Positions 9,926 through 19,055 are shown, counted from the stretch's first letter. The stretch: 21,144 nucleotides of DNA from Candidatus Izemoplasmatales bacterium (GCA_050177605.1 JBFXGX010000029.1:1-21144), one strand, 5' to 3'. The notes: generated from the sequence alone by a model not told the origin. Made by a program: numbers and translations.

Positions 9926-10648
9926 TTATTTTTGAATGATTTCTTTCACGGTTTCAACAACACTTTTATTTTTAAACGAATCGAGTACTTCAACTGGTAC
10001 TGCAAATATGACTGTGTTTGACTTATCACCTGAAAGATCATTGATTGTCGCAAGGGTTCTTAAGTGCATAGACCCCGGAACAGAGGAAAGAATCTTGGCT
10101 GCGTCAGCAAGCTTTTGTGCCGCTGCCACTTCCCCTTCACTTTTTACAATAATCGCTCTTTTTTCGCGTTCAGCCTCAGCCTCTTTCGCAATTATTCTCT
10201 CCATATCTTCTGGAATTTTTATATCTTTTATTTCAACTTTTTCGACTTTGATTCCCCATGGATCTGTTTCTGTATCAACGACTTCTTTAATATCTTTGGA
10301 AATGGTTTTTAAGTTGGATAATAACTCATCAAGTTTGTATCCACCAAGCGAGTTTCTTAATGTAGTTTGTGCTAATTGTGTTACCGCAAAATAACAGTCT
10401 TTCACCTCTAGTACTGCTTTTTTTGCGTCGTGTACTTTGTAATAGACAACGGCATTAATCGTAATAGTAACATTGTCTTTTGTAATACATTTTTGTTGAG
10501 GAACATCTTGTGTTATCATTCGCAAATCTATTTTTTTGTACACATGGATAATCGGAATGACTAGTCTCAATCCTGGTTCCATTACTCTTACAAATTTTCC
10601 AAATCTAAATTTTATTGCTCTTTCATATTCTTTGACAATGGTAAACAT
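9926..10648 (-). CDS. SPFH/band-7 (stomatin-like) protein
   Basis: YERAIKFRFG, ITKDNV, AQTTLR, WGIKVEKVEIKDI, AEAEREKRA. Confidence 0.93.
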   Translation of the reverse strand: MFTIVKEYERAIKFRFGKFVRVMEPGLRLVIPIIHVYKKIDLRMITQDVPQQKCITKDNVTITINAVVYYKVHDAKKAVLEVKDCYFAVTQLAQTTLRNSLGGYKLDELLSNLKTISKDIKEVVDTETDPWGIKVEKVEIKDIKIPEDMERIIAKEAEAEREKRAIIVKSEGEVAAAQKLADAAKILSSVPGSMHLRTLATINDLSGDKSNTVIFAVPVEVLDSFKNKSVVETVKEIIQK

Positions 10649-10699
10649 AGTATCACCTCTTATTTCAACATATAATAAAAATATGTTTTCTTGAATTCT

Positions 10700-10728
10700 A
10701 TTATATTCTTTAAATAAGTGAATGTCAA
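10700..10728 (-). promoter_or_regulatory. sigma-A promoter for SPFH gene
   Basis: perfect TTGACA, 17 bp, TATAAT. Confidence 0.75.
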
Positions 10729-10961
10729 TGCACTCGGAACGGGTTCCTATATACGATTTGTAACTTATAAAATATCTAATTTCAAAACAGTCTTGAATAA
10801 ATCATTTTTAAACACTAAGTATCAAATGCGTATGGTATCATAACCCACTGTTTTAAAGTCGTATCAATCCAACGTCTCTTCAACCTCATTAAACACCTTT
10901 TTCACAAATTTTCAATGATTAATATACACCTTTTTCAAATATAAAAGTAGATGGTCTTGCT

Positions 10962-10991
10962 AAAAAAGAAAACACCTGTTAAACAGGCGTT
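10962..10991 (-). terminator. terminator downstream of the tRNA-Cys fragment
   Basis: minus strand aacgcctg-tttaa-caggtgtt then TTCTTTTTT. Confidence 0.7.
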
Positions 10992-10998
10992 AAATTCA

Positions 10999-11043
10999 TG
11001 GAGGATCCAGCCGTATTTGAACCGACGGTGAGGGAGTTGCAGT
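10999..11043 (-). pseudogene. 3' half of tRNA-Cys(GCA); probable att site
   Basis: minus strand A-CTGCAAC-TCCCT-CACC-GTCGG-TTCAAAT-ACGGC-TGGATCC-T-CCA: anticodon loop GCA, T-arm (C61 changed to A), U73 discriminator, CCA; 5' half absent. Confidence 0.85.
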
Positions 11044-11170
11044 AATTTTTAAGGACTTATCAAGTTTTAGTTATTCAAAAATATACATGTTTTATCCCTA
11101 TAAATTATTCCCCTTTATCACGCAATATATTCCTAGATTGATTTGAAGAGTCCATCAATTGATTCATTTT

Positions 11171-11317
11171 CTAATATTCATTCATCTTTATATTATTTAT
11201 GTGATCACTTCTGTTTATAAAGAACATACTTACTTCGCAGCTAGGATCACATACACTTCTACAATTGCCTCGATTGTATGCAAAGCAATCTTTGTTCGTG
11301 GTTTTTTTAGTGTTCAT
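11171..11317 (-). CDS. small Cys-rich ORF, 48 aa
   Basis: GAGGG RBS; MNTKKTTNKDCFAYNRGNCRSVCDPSCEVSMFFINRSDHINNIKMNEY. Confidence 0.4.
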   Translation of the reverse strand: MNTKKTTNKDCFAYNRGNCRSVCDPSCEVSMFFINRSDHINNIKMNEY

Positions 11318-11640
11318 TAATAATCCCTCGAAATTATTTATATAGAGAATATATATTTATTAATTATTCATTTAATTATTACAATTTATATAATAATACG
11401 CAATATCTCTCAGTCAATAATGTATAGGTTACAATAAGTAAGACAGATAAGATATCGACATCCTTTGGAGCATACCATTTTTTTTATTATCATCCAAAAT
11501 TCTAAAACCAAAGTCAAACATGTTATCACTTCCTTTATTGAATAATAATCCAAAAATGTAAATATCGCATTGTGATATCAAAAATAAATCCATATAATTG
11601 GGCATAAAATTTTTTTCCGCCTTCTCAAATCATTGCATAT

Positions 11641-11670
11641 AAAAAGATGGCCATTTTTTATAATGGCCAT
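11641..11670 (-). terminator. terminator closing the immunity-like gene string
   Basis: atggccatt / aatggccat stem followed by CTTTTT on the minus strand. Confidence 0.5.
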
Positions 11671-11730
11671 ATATCCAATACACTTTCACATAATTCATCT
11701 TGTTTTCGAAGCCATATATGATTATGTCTT

Positions 11731-12156
11731 CTACTTGATTACTAGATTAGATACATCGGGATTCTTTCGAACGATTTCTTCAATAATTTTTTCTAGTGGT
11801 ACATTAAACTGATCCCATAGAATTAGTTTCGATATATCTGTTTCAATAATCAATCTTTTTCTAAAGCATTTCAATCCTAAAAATGGTTTGATATAAAAGG
11901 TAGTGCCTTTATTAATATTAATCGTTTTGTATATGAAACGTTTTCTTATTTTCACTTGATTAATATCAATGATAAGCGAAAATATAAAGTGTGAGAATAA
12001 TATATTTGCGATGACTATAATCAAATAAATAGTCGTAAAATAAAAACCTATGTCAAAGCTATTTAAATAGACAAAGATGAGATTACCCAATAAAAACACA
12101 ATAAAAAATAGGTAGTCTAATAACAAATCAGGCACAAATCTAATTTTTATTTTCAT
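11731..12156 (-). CDS. hypothetical 2-TM membrane protein (orphan immunity candidate)
   Basis: AGGAG RBS; two hydrophobic helices followed by a basic beta-rich domain. Confidence 0.6.
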   Translation of the reverse strand: MKIKIRFVPDLLLDYLFFIVFLLGNLIFVYLNSFDIGFYFTTIYLIIVIANILFSHFIFSLIIDINQVKIRKRFIYKTININKGTTFYIKPFLGLKCFRKRLIIETDISKLILWDQFNVPLEKIIEEIVRKNPDVSNLVIK

Positions 12157-12261
12157 TTTCTTTTCTCCTAATCAGATAATAATTCAAATGGGTGAACACT
12201 TGTTATAGTTAAATACACTAATTCACCATCATCCCACCGTTCAAAAAACAATACCAATCCA

Positions 12262-13275
12262 CTACCATGTTTCTATTTGTCGCCATAAATCAATGCTTTG
12301 ATTATTGTAATTAACTTTACTAAAAGGAAAATCCTCAATTTTAACAGCTCTTCTTCTTCCGTTTTGAATGAAATAATAATGTCTTTTTATAGGTATTGCT
12401 CTCCCGTATTCTAGTTTCATTAATGGTGATAAATTCCCATCAAGAATATTAGTATTCGCGAAAACAGCAGTTTTTAGGTTTGGTAAACTATTTATAAAAG
12501 ATAAATCAGATATTTTGTTGCGAGAGTCAATATATAAATGCTCAAGTGATTTTAAATTTGATAAGTAAGAAAACGAAAGAATCTTAGAAGATAGAAAAAT
12601 CTTCACACTTTGTAAACTGTTTGACACATTGCTAATCGCTTCAATATTTTTCAATCTAGTGTTATTCATTAAAATAAGCACTCTCAGATTAGGCAGGTTT
12701 CGAATGAAAGATAAATCCTCCATTTCTGATCGCTCAATTTGTAGCGTGTCAACAGTTGGAATCTTCCCTACTATATCTAGTATTCTTTGAGAGCATACGT
12801 CATTTCCACCAATAACGGTAATAGACTTGAGGTTGTTTAAAGTTTCGATCCCTTCAAGTTTATTAGGGGTGCTTGTAGAAATCCACTCAAGATTGGGAAA
12901 TTTAGATAAAACAATTGGAGTATAAGAATGGACTCTGAGAAATTTCATATTTGTTATTGCGGGAATTTGAGATGCATCTACAATCCCGTATATATCTAAA
13001 AATCTAAGATGCACAAAATTGGCTAAAACCGATAAATCGATGTTACTTCCATTTAAATGACTAATAATGATTTTGTCAATATTATTATGATTAGCATATT
13101 CGATATCTTTGAGTTTTATTTCTTCTGAAAATTACAGAGCATCCTTATTTGCGTTTTTATATCTAAATATTTCGCGAAATAAGTATCCGTCTTTTTCGAT
13201 AAATTGCTTTATGTAAATATCGTGAAAAATATCGTTCATATATAACTCTTCTCCTTCTTTCTCTTTATTAGCCAT
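12262..13275 (-). pseudogene. leucine-rich-repeat protein with one in-frame TAA
   Basis: LxxLxxLxxL repeats (LSFIRNLPNLRVL, LSFINSLPNLKT); frame continues past TAA 13134-13132 to ATG 13239/13275, each with an AAGGAG RBS. Confidence 0.75.
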
Positions 13276-13291
13276 TTTCTTCTCCTTAATA

Positions 13292-13500
13292 CTATTTTTC
13301 GACTATATTGTACCTAAACTGAGGTACTAGATCTATTTCATAATAATCAAACGAATCTATAATTTGATTATCTCCTCGATATTCGTCAAAATACATATCC
13401 ATCTTAGATAATCTATTCTGCATTGAACTATTTTCAAAAAATTTGGAATATCATATTCATAAATAATGGCCATGATTGGACCATCTACCTTATTTGTGAT
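13292..13500 (-). pseudogene. frameshifted gene remnant
   Basis: NKVDGPIMAIIYEYDIPNF, a shift in a homopolymer near 13436-13441, then ENSSMQNRLSKMDMYFDEY...NIVEK*. Confidence 0.3.
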
Positions 13501-13637
13501 TCATACAATTTATGTTTTTCTCGATTTGTGTTCAACACATTGATGACTATCTCAAAAAATGTAAAATATATAGTTGTTATATATGAATAATATTTGAAAA
13601 AAATAACAAATTAATATGTAGCGAGAACAATTTCTAA

Positions 13638-14036
13638 TTATGAACTGAGATGTAGAGATAAAGAATCTACATATTCAGAAAACTCGGAAACTGCCTCTTT
13701 TTCATTTATATACAATCGTAATAAGTAGTCTATATCTGTAGCCATTCGATTGGAACCATAAACAAATATAACGTCGTTTTGAGAAATATGATGTCCAAAA
13801 TACATTGGATGAAATAGTGTAGAATCAATAACTAAGAAGTTTTTTGCATCTGAAAAACATGCAAAATTATTTTCATATAGAACATAAATAGTATTATTCT
13901 TCATCTTAATAATTCCATAAATATTATATATAGAATTTGCATTTAACTCTAATTCTCCGTACATGAATCCCATCGTTTGTTGGTTTATATATTTTTTTTC
14001 TTTCGGCACTTTTTCCTTCAAATATTTTGCTTTCAT
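13638..14036 (-). CDS. hypothetical protein, immunity-like; paralog of next gene
   Basis: AAGGA RBS; L-x5-YxIYGI...YVLY...F..A..F.VID..L. Confidence 0.65.
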   Translation of the reverse strand: MKAKYLKEKVPKEKKYINQQTMGFMYGELELNANSIYNIYGIIKMKNNTIYVLYENNFACFSDAKNFLVIDSTLFHPMYFGHHISQNDVIFVYGSNRMATDIDYLLRLYINEKEAVSEFSEYVDSLSLHLSS

Positions 14037-14064
14037 AATTGAAATCTCATCCTTAATTAGTTCA

Positions 14065-14454
14065 TTATATTTTATAGTTTTTCAAAATGTACTCTACTTT
14101 ATCTTCAGCCAGTACGAATAGATCAAAATCTAAAAATTCGTCACTTCTAATTAAATTTCTAAATCCAACGCTCAACATATCATCCTTCACATTACCTTTC
14201 GCGCGATAATAATCAGTAGATATCCCATTTGAAAGGGCGTGATCTACAATAGAAAAATGGTCCGCATATAAAAACGTTAAGTATCCTTCGACATATACCA
14301 CATAAAAAACCGCGCTATCCGAATGAACTATTGCATAAACATCGTATTCACGATCTTTTTCTAGACAAGTTCGATCATAAACCTCTGGATAAAGGAATTC
14401 AATTTCCCTGTCAAAATTAATTCCAGAAATATTTTTTTTACAGATTACTTTCAT
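14065..14454 (-). CDS. hypothetical protein, immunity-like; paralog of previous gene
   Basis: AAGGAG RBS; L-x5-YxVYAI...YVVY...F..A..F.IVD..L. Confidence 0.7.
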   Translation of the reverse strand: MKVICKKNISGINFDREIEFLYPEVYDRTCLEKDREYDVYAIVHSDSAVFYVVYVEGYLTFLYADHFSIVDHALSNGISTDYYRAKGNVKDDMLSVGFRNLIRSDEFLDFDLFVLAEDKVEYILKNYKI

Positions 14455-14511
14455 AGAAAAAGTCTCCTTCCATCAATCATCAAATAATTCTCTAAAAAAT
14501 TTAAAGGATCA

Positions 14512-15177
14512 TCAATAGTTACAATTACTTACTTCAATAAAAAAATTGTGACGGTCTTTTTTATCGAAATACTTATTCATTACCATAATATCCACTGTTA
14601 CTATTCCCACAAAAGCAATTTGTGATCCGTTAAGAAGAGATATTGGTAAGTATGTTTTAAGATCAAAAGGTCTAGTATTGCTCAAAAACATAGGAATCAT
14701 TCCGATCATAAAGATACTTAATGCTTGAAAAATATCTCTTACTTGTTTAAAGCTTGAAAAATTTGCACGAAGATTTTGTGTTACTAGATAGCGATTATAC
14801 CAGAAAGTATTAAGAAATACTAGTAACTGAAATATAATGATATATACTATTGATAAATCTCTATTCGGATCGTGGCTTAATAACATGTAATAGCCTATCA
14901 CATCTATTAACAATGCCATTAAGCCATAAAGAATGGCTAAACTAACACGAATACTATATGCACTTTTCTTATGAAAAAAGATATTGAACAATGCGAATAG
15001 ATCTTAAACCGCAACAATGAAAGAAAGCAAATAAAGAATAATCATATTTCCGTTTTCAACAATGCGATTGCAGACACTAAAATACAACATAATACTCAAT
15101 GCTACTCCAGCAATGATACTTCTTATGCGAAGCGGTTTTAGTTTTTTAATACATTCTACTTGGTTAAAATAATTCAT
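14512..15177 (-). pseudogene. multi-TM membrane protein with one in-frame TAA
   Basis: ATG 15177 with GGAGG RBS is in frame with ORF 14512-14991; single TAA at 15006-15004 inside a hydrophobic helix (FIVAV*DLFALF). Confidence 0.75.
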
Positions 15178-15199
15178 TCTATTCCCTCCACTACCATTA

Positions 15200-15700
15200 A
15201 TTCACAAGAAATATAGGTTATTCTGTTCAAATCGATATCAATATAAAATATCTTTTCTCCTTCATTCGCAAAAACAGAGTGAGTATATATAGTTAAAAAT
15301 CAAATATTGCATCCTAACAAAGAAATTTTATGTAAAACGCTGAAAGATAAAAATACTCCTTAAAAAACAGCATCCTGCAGGTTTGTTATATTTATCGATA
15401 TCTACGAATGTCATTCCTGATAGCCCAAATTTGTTGTACTCATTCACAAATTTATCTGACACCAATATTTCTCCAAATTGAGTATCCCAAACCATATCCT
15501 CTTGTAAATTTGCGATAGTGGAAATCTTTTCAAACAAATCTACTTCGCAGGGTTTCATAGTATAAGTCTCCATCATGTACACCACCTAAGTCATAGTTAT
15601 AGAATATCTATAATGTATCGTTGGTTAGGCATCTTAATCAAAAAAACTTCTTTCCTATAACGTTCTTCCTTTATGTATATGTATTTGATACCACTGTTTA
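15200..15700 (-). pseudogene. decayed immunity-like gene including ORF 15328-15585
   Basis: EILVSDKFV...GLSGMTF resembles the vS..f....gltG..F motif of Imm11-like proteins; flanking frames are broken. Confidence 0.35.
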
Positions 15701-15716
15701 ATTTCCATCACAATCC

Positions 15717-15746
15717 AAAAAGGAGTGGGGTTTTACTCCCACTCCT
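15717..15746 (-). terminator. terminator after RHS cassette 1
   Basis: aggagtggg / cccactcct stem followed by TTTT on the minus strand. Confidence 0.75.
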
Positions 15747-15753
15747 AATCAGT

Positions 15754-15936
15754 CTACACTAAAAACTCAAAATAAATTAGAACAATTGATATACATATCA
15801 TTACTACGCCAGTAATGATGAACACAACAGTAGCAGTTTGTGCTTCTGTTCCTGACCACCTATTATCAGCCAGATTACTGCTAAATAAAATAAAGAGAAC
15901 TCCCAAAATAAGTATTACTAGTATAAATAAAATCAT
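15754..15936 (-). CDS. 60-aa 2-TM protein, cognate immunity candidate
   Basis: GGAGG RBS overlapping the RHS stop region; two hydrophobic helices. Confidence 0.7.
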   Translation of the reverse strand: MILFILVILILGVLFILFSSNLADNRWSGTEAQTATVVFIITGVVMICISIVLIYFEFLV

Positions 15937-15945
15937 TAGAACCTC

Positions 15946-16701
15946 CTAATTATATTGATCGAAAATTTCATCAGTTTCTGACGCCGTGGCTTTGCCTGAA
16001 ATATAGAAGGTTGCATATCCAACCCAATCATAATCAAGTCCCCAACCATCACTTTGATTTGTTTCATAGAAATTCACTGTAACTCTTGTTACATCATGCC
16101 TTTCATTATAGTGTATATCAAGTGTATAGACATCAGGGTCACCTCTCAAATATGTTTCGTGAATTACTAATCCTCCCCCTGCTAAAGTAACTGCAACCCC
16201 ACCAATCATCCAACCAAGTCCTCCAGTGAAGTATCCAATAATACCAATCGCAGCTCCACCAACCATTCCTCCCATATAGTACCAGAAATAACTTGGACCA
16301 TTGTATTCATATGGTCCAAATTCTTGAACTAAATCATAAAGGTTTTCATTATAATACATGGGATGCACATACCAAGCATTATACATATTATCATATGGTG
16401 AGCTACATTTCGGTCTCCATTCAGAGTTAACAGTACCACCTTCAGTATCAGCAATACAATAACCACTTGGATCAATATTCATTACCGGGTTATTTTCGGT
16501 ATAGGTGAACATGTTGAGTCCCAATACTGTGTTACTAGCTTTCAACATACCATCAGCATTTATAAATCTACCAGTTTCAGGATTATAATATCGTGATTGC
16601 AAGTAATATAAATTAGTCTCAGTATCAAAATAGTACCCTCTTGACCTAAATAAATTAATTGAGGAAAAGCCAAGACCAGAGTCTAATGAATCTACAATGT
16701 T
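15946..16701 (-). pseudogene. headless RHS core + C-terminal domain (orphan cassette 1)
   Basis: frame open from 16701: RGYYFDTETNLYYLQSRYYNPETGRFINAD...NNPVMNIDPSG then a variable CT; no RBS-supported start. Confidence 0.85.
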
Positions 16702-16704
16702 TCA

Positions 16705-16813
16705 CCATCCATCATCTTGATTTACTAAATAAAACTGTGCTTTAACTCGTGTCACAACATACCTATCATTGTAGTCTATTTCTAGTGTATGGACAAAGGG
16801 CATTTCTCAAATA
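16705..16813 (-). repeat. diverged copy of CT segment 16042-16152
   Basis: PFVHTLEIDYNDRYVVTRVKAQFYLVNQDDGW versus PDVYTLDIHYNERHDVTRVTVNFYETNQSDGW, 19/32 identical. Confidence 0.85.
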
Positions 16814-16940
16814 AGTAGATTCGTTCCATTATAACTTTCCTTAATAATGAATATATGTGTATAATTATACCCTATAAAAGATAATGAGTATATATAAAAA
16901 TAAAAAAAAACAGTATTTATCCTGTCTTGAATTGAAATAT

Positions 16941-16998
16941 TGTGTCTTTATGACGGAGTTTTACCCGATTTTGATGTATAATGTATGGAGTTTTACCC
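16941..16998 (+). repeat. repeat array A: TGT + 2 x GGAGTTTTACCC
   Basis: TGT at 16941; motifs at 16955 and 16987. Confidence 0.85.
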
Positions 16999-17022
16999 TA
17001 TAATGTTGTGTGTTGCTTTTGA

Positions 17023-17784
17023 CTAATAACTATCCTCGCCCATCAGCCACTGTCCATTGTGTTTTAATTTCATCATTTTTAAATAATAGTCATTTGGTTT
17101 AGAAACTATATAATTATAACTTTCTGTAATATCATATTGGCTGATAGCAGCTAAATTGTATAACCCTGAAATATATTCTAATTGTGAATCATCTTTGACA
17201 GCGGTTTGATAGATTTCTTTTGTTAGCACCTGGTTGTTTAAAAGATCATATACAGAATATATTGAACCGCCAATACCAATGACACCGTATAAAAAATCAC
17301 ATATCATATATTTTCCATTTACATATGCTTCCACAACTTGATGGCCATTGTAAGCAACTTCTTTGTTAACAATTATAACTATCCGACTTGGAATACTTAA
17401 ACATTTTAAAATTGCTGCGCCAACTCTAGTTATATCTGCGCACCAGTCCGTTCCTCTTTCAATAATTTCTTTTTCAGTACCTCCAAAATACATATCTTCA
17501 AATTGGACATTGAACTTTTTAACAATTTTAATGAGAAATGTCTTAACATTTTGTACGGATTCTAAATCGTTACTCCCTTTAAACTGTTGAGAAAAACTAT
17601 ATAGCTCATGACGTCTTACACCATCTGATACCGGCTTTGATTTTTGATATAAGAAAATCTTCGACTCGTTATCTAACAAAATCATATTTCTTAACAAATG
17701 ATGATCAATCGAATGTTTATCATGTAAATCATTTTGAAACATCGTTTCATATGCTTTGCCAAATACTCCATAGCCTTTTTTCAT
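17023..17784 (-). CDS. transglutaminase-like (Cys-His-Asp) protein
   Basis: WCADITRV, IPSRIV, GHQVVEAYVNGKYMICD; GGAGG RBS. Confidence 0.8.
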   Translation of the reverse strand: MKKGYGVFGKAYETMFQNDLHDKHSIDHHLLRNMILLDNESKIFLYQKSKPVSDGVRRHELYSFSQQFKGSNDLESVQNVKTFLIKIVKKFNVQFEDMYFGGTEKEIIERGTDWCADITRVGAAILKCLSIPSRIVIIVNKEVAYNGHQVVEAYVNGKYMICDFLYGVIGIGGSIYSVYDLLNNQVLTKEIYQTAVKDDSQLEYISGLYNLAAISQYDITESYNYIVSKPNDYYLKMMKLKHNGQWLMGEDSY

Positions 17785-17804
17785 AATTAACCTCCAGCAA
17801 AAAA

Positions 17805-18854
17805 TTAATCTCTAACTAAATTAAACAATTGAACATTTTTATAAATGACTTCTTTACCCACTTGTTCTGAGGTTATAAATCCTTCTTTTTCCAGTAGTTT
17901 TAAATATTTTGTTGCTGTTGCTCTTGAAACACCTATATCATTTCTAAAATATTCATTTTTTGTGTACATATAAGAAAATAAGTGTTCAACAATTTCATAA
18001 CTATAAATTTCAGGAAGTTTACGTTTCATTTCATCTTTTGTTAACTCAATAGATTGATTAATTCTTAATATAAGGTTAACGGTATTTCTAGAGGTTTCTG
18101 AAACACCCTTTAATATATACATAACAAATTCTTCAATATACTCAAGATTCTCATTGCACTTTCTTAACAGTTCGTAATATTTGTCTTTATTCTCAATAAT
18201 ATACTTGCTTAAATAAAGTATTGGCTCTTGGATTTTTTCTTTTAATACCAGATACAAAATATTAAGGATTCTCCCGGTTCTTCCATTTCCATCATAAAAA
18301 GGATGAATGCTTTCAAATTGAAAATGTATAAGAGCTAATTGAATCAAAGGATCATAATCTTCATTCTCATTAATAAACACTTCAAGATTTTGCATTAAAT
18401 CCCTAATCTCAGATTCTTTTTGAGGTGGTGTGTGAACTATTTCACTACTCTTATCATTGATGATTACTGTTCCTGGTAGTTTTCTAATACCACCCTTATT
18501 TGGTTCGATTATACTTTGTATTTCCACAAGAACATTGGTACTTATAAATCCATTTTGTTTAATGAGTTTTAATCCATAATCGATCGCTCGTTTATAGTTA
18601 ATTACTTCTTTAGGCTTACCACCTAATGGTGCTTTAGAGACAAGTTCTTTAAATATTTCATCATAAGTTGTAATAATGTTTTCTATTGCTGATGAGTCTT
18701 TTGATTCATTTATGTTGATTAAACTTAAAATAATACCAGGATTAGGCAACAATTTGAGTATACCTTTTAATTCTCCGATATTATGATTTGCTTCATTAAG
18801 TTGCTTAAGTAATTCTACTTTATTCAAATTTATGCTAAATGGTAGTTTATTCAT
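17805..18854 (-). CDS. Fic-family AMPylase with N-terminal inhibitory motif and C-terminal HTH
   Basis: HPFYDGNGRTGR; SSAIEN matches the (S/T)xxxE(G/N) motif; GVSRATATKYLKLLEKEG winged HTH. Confidence 0.93.
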   Translation of the reverse strand: MNKLPFSINLNKVELLKQLNEANHNIGELKGILKLLPNPGIILSLININESKDSSAIENIITTYDEIFKELVSKAPLGGKPKEVINYKRAIDYGLKLIKQNGFISTNVLVEIQSIIEPNKGGIRKLPGTVIINDKSSEIVHTPPQKESEIRDLMQNLEVFINENEDYDPLIQLALIHFQFESIHPFYDGNGRTGRILNILYLVLKEKIQEPILYLSKYIIENKDKYYELLRKCNENLEYIEEFVMYILKGVSETSRNTVNLILRINQSIELTKDEMKRKLPEIYSYEIVEHLFSYMYTKNEYFRNDIGVSRATATKYLKLLEKEGFITSEQVGKEVIYKNVQLFNLVRD

Positions 18855-18900
18855 AAAAACACCTCATGACCAAAATATTGTATTTTCTATCCTTGTATAC

Positions 18901-18929
18901 ATCATACCACAAGCATCTAGTCACGTCAA
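18901..18929 (-). promoter_or_regulatory. promoter of the Fic gene
   Basis: TTGACG, 17 bp, TATGAT with extended TG. Confidence 0.6.
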
Positions 18930-19009
18930 GCGAACGTGAATAAAATTCGTTATTTTTTATCCTCGTAATTAAATAAACTCTAATATGTCAACTAGATACC
19001 ATCTATAAC

Positions 19010-19042
19010 AAAAAAAGATACTTCATATAAAGAAGCATCTTT
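19010..19042 (-). terminator. terminator upstream of the Fic gene
   Basis: minus strand aaagatgcttc-tttatat-gaagtatcttt then TTT. Confidence 0.65.
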
Positions 19043-19055
19043 GTGAATTATACAT

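Noticed and set aside
10765..10959. Minus-strand frame of about 64 codons, open only if TGA is Trp (3 TGAs)
   Set aside because: No RBS, clear start or recognisable homology; the host uses TGA as stop; plausible by chance
10999..11043. Functional tRNA-Cys
   Set aside because: 5' acceptor strand, D-arm and most of the 5' anticodon stem are absent; the T-stem has a G-A mismatch
11370..11630. Short minus-strand ORFs (e.g. MFDFGFRILDD...)
   Set aside because: Under 60 aa, with broken frames and no motif; at most an unidentifiable remnant
13132..16704. Stop-codon recoding suggested by in-frame TAA (13132, 15004) and TGA at a Gly position (16702)
   Set aside because: TAA and TGA end intact genes throughout the window; point mutations in decaying genes explain all three
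194..17590. Track ORFs 194-394, 1352-1618, 3968-4192, 5499-5720, 8443-8625, 8484-8729, 9936-10394, 10064-10312, 17363-17590
   Set aside because: They overlap well-supported opposite-strand genes or promoters and show no recognisable motifs
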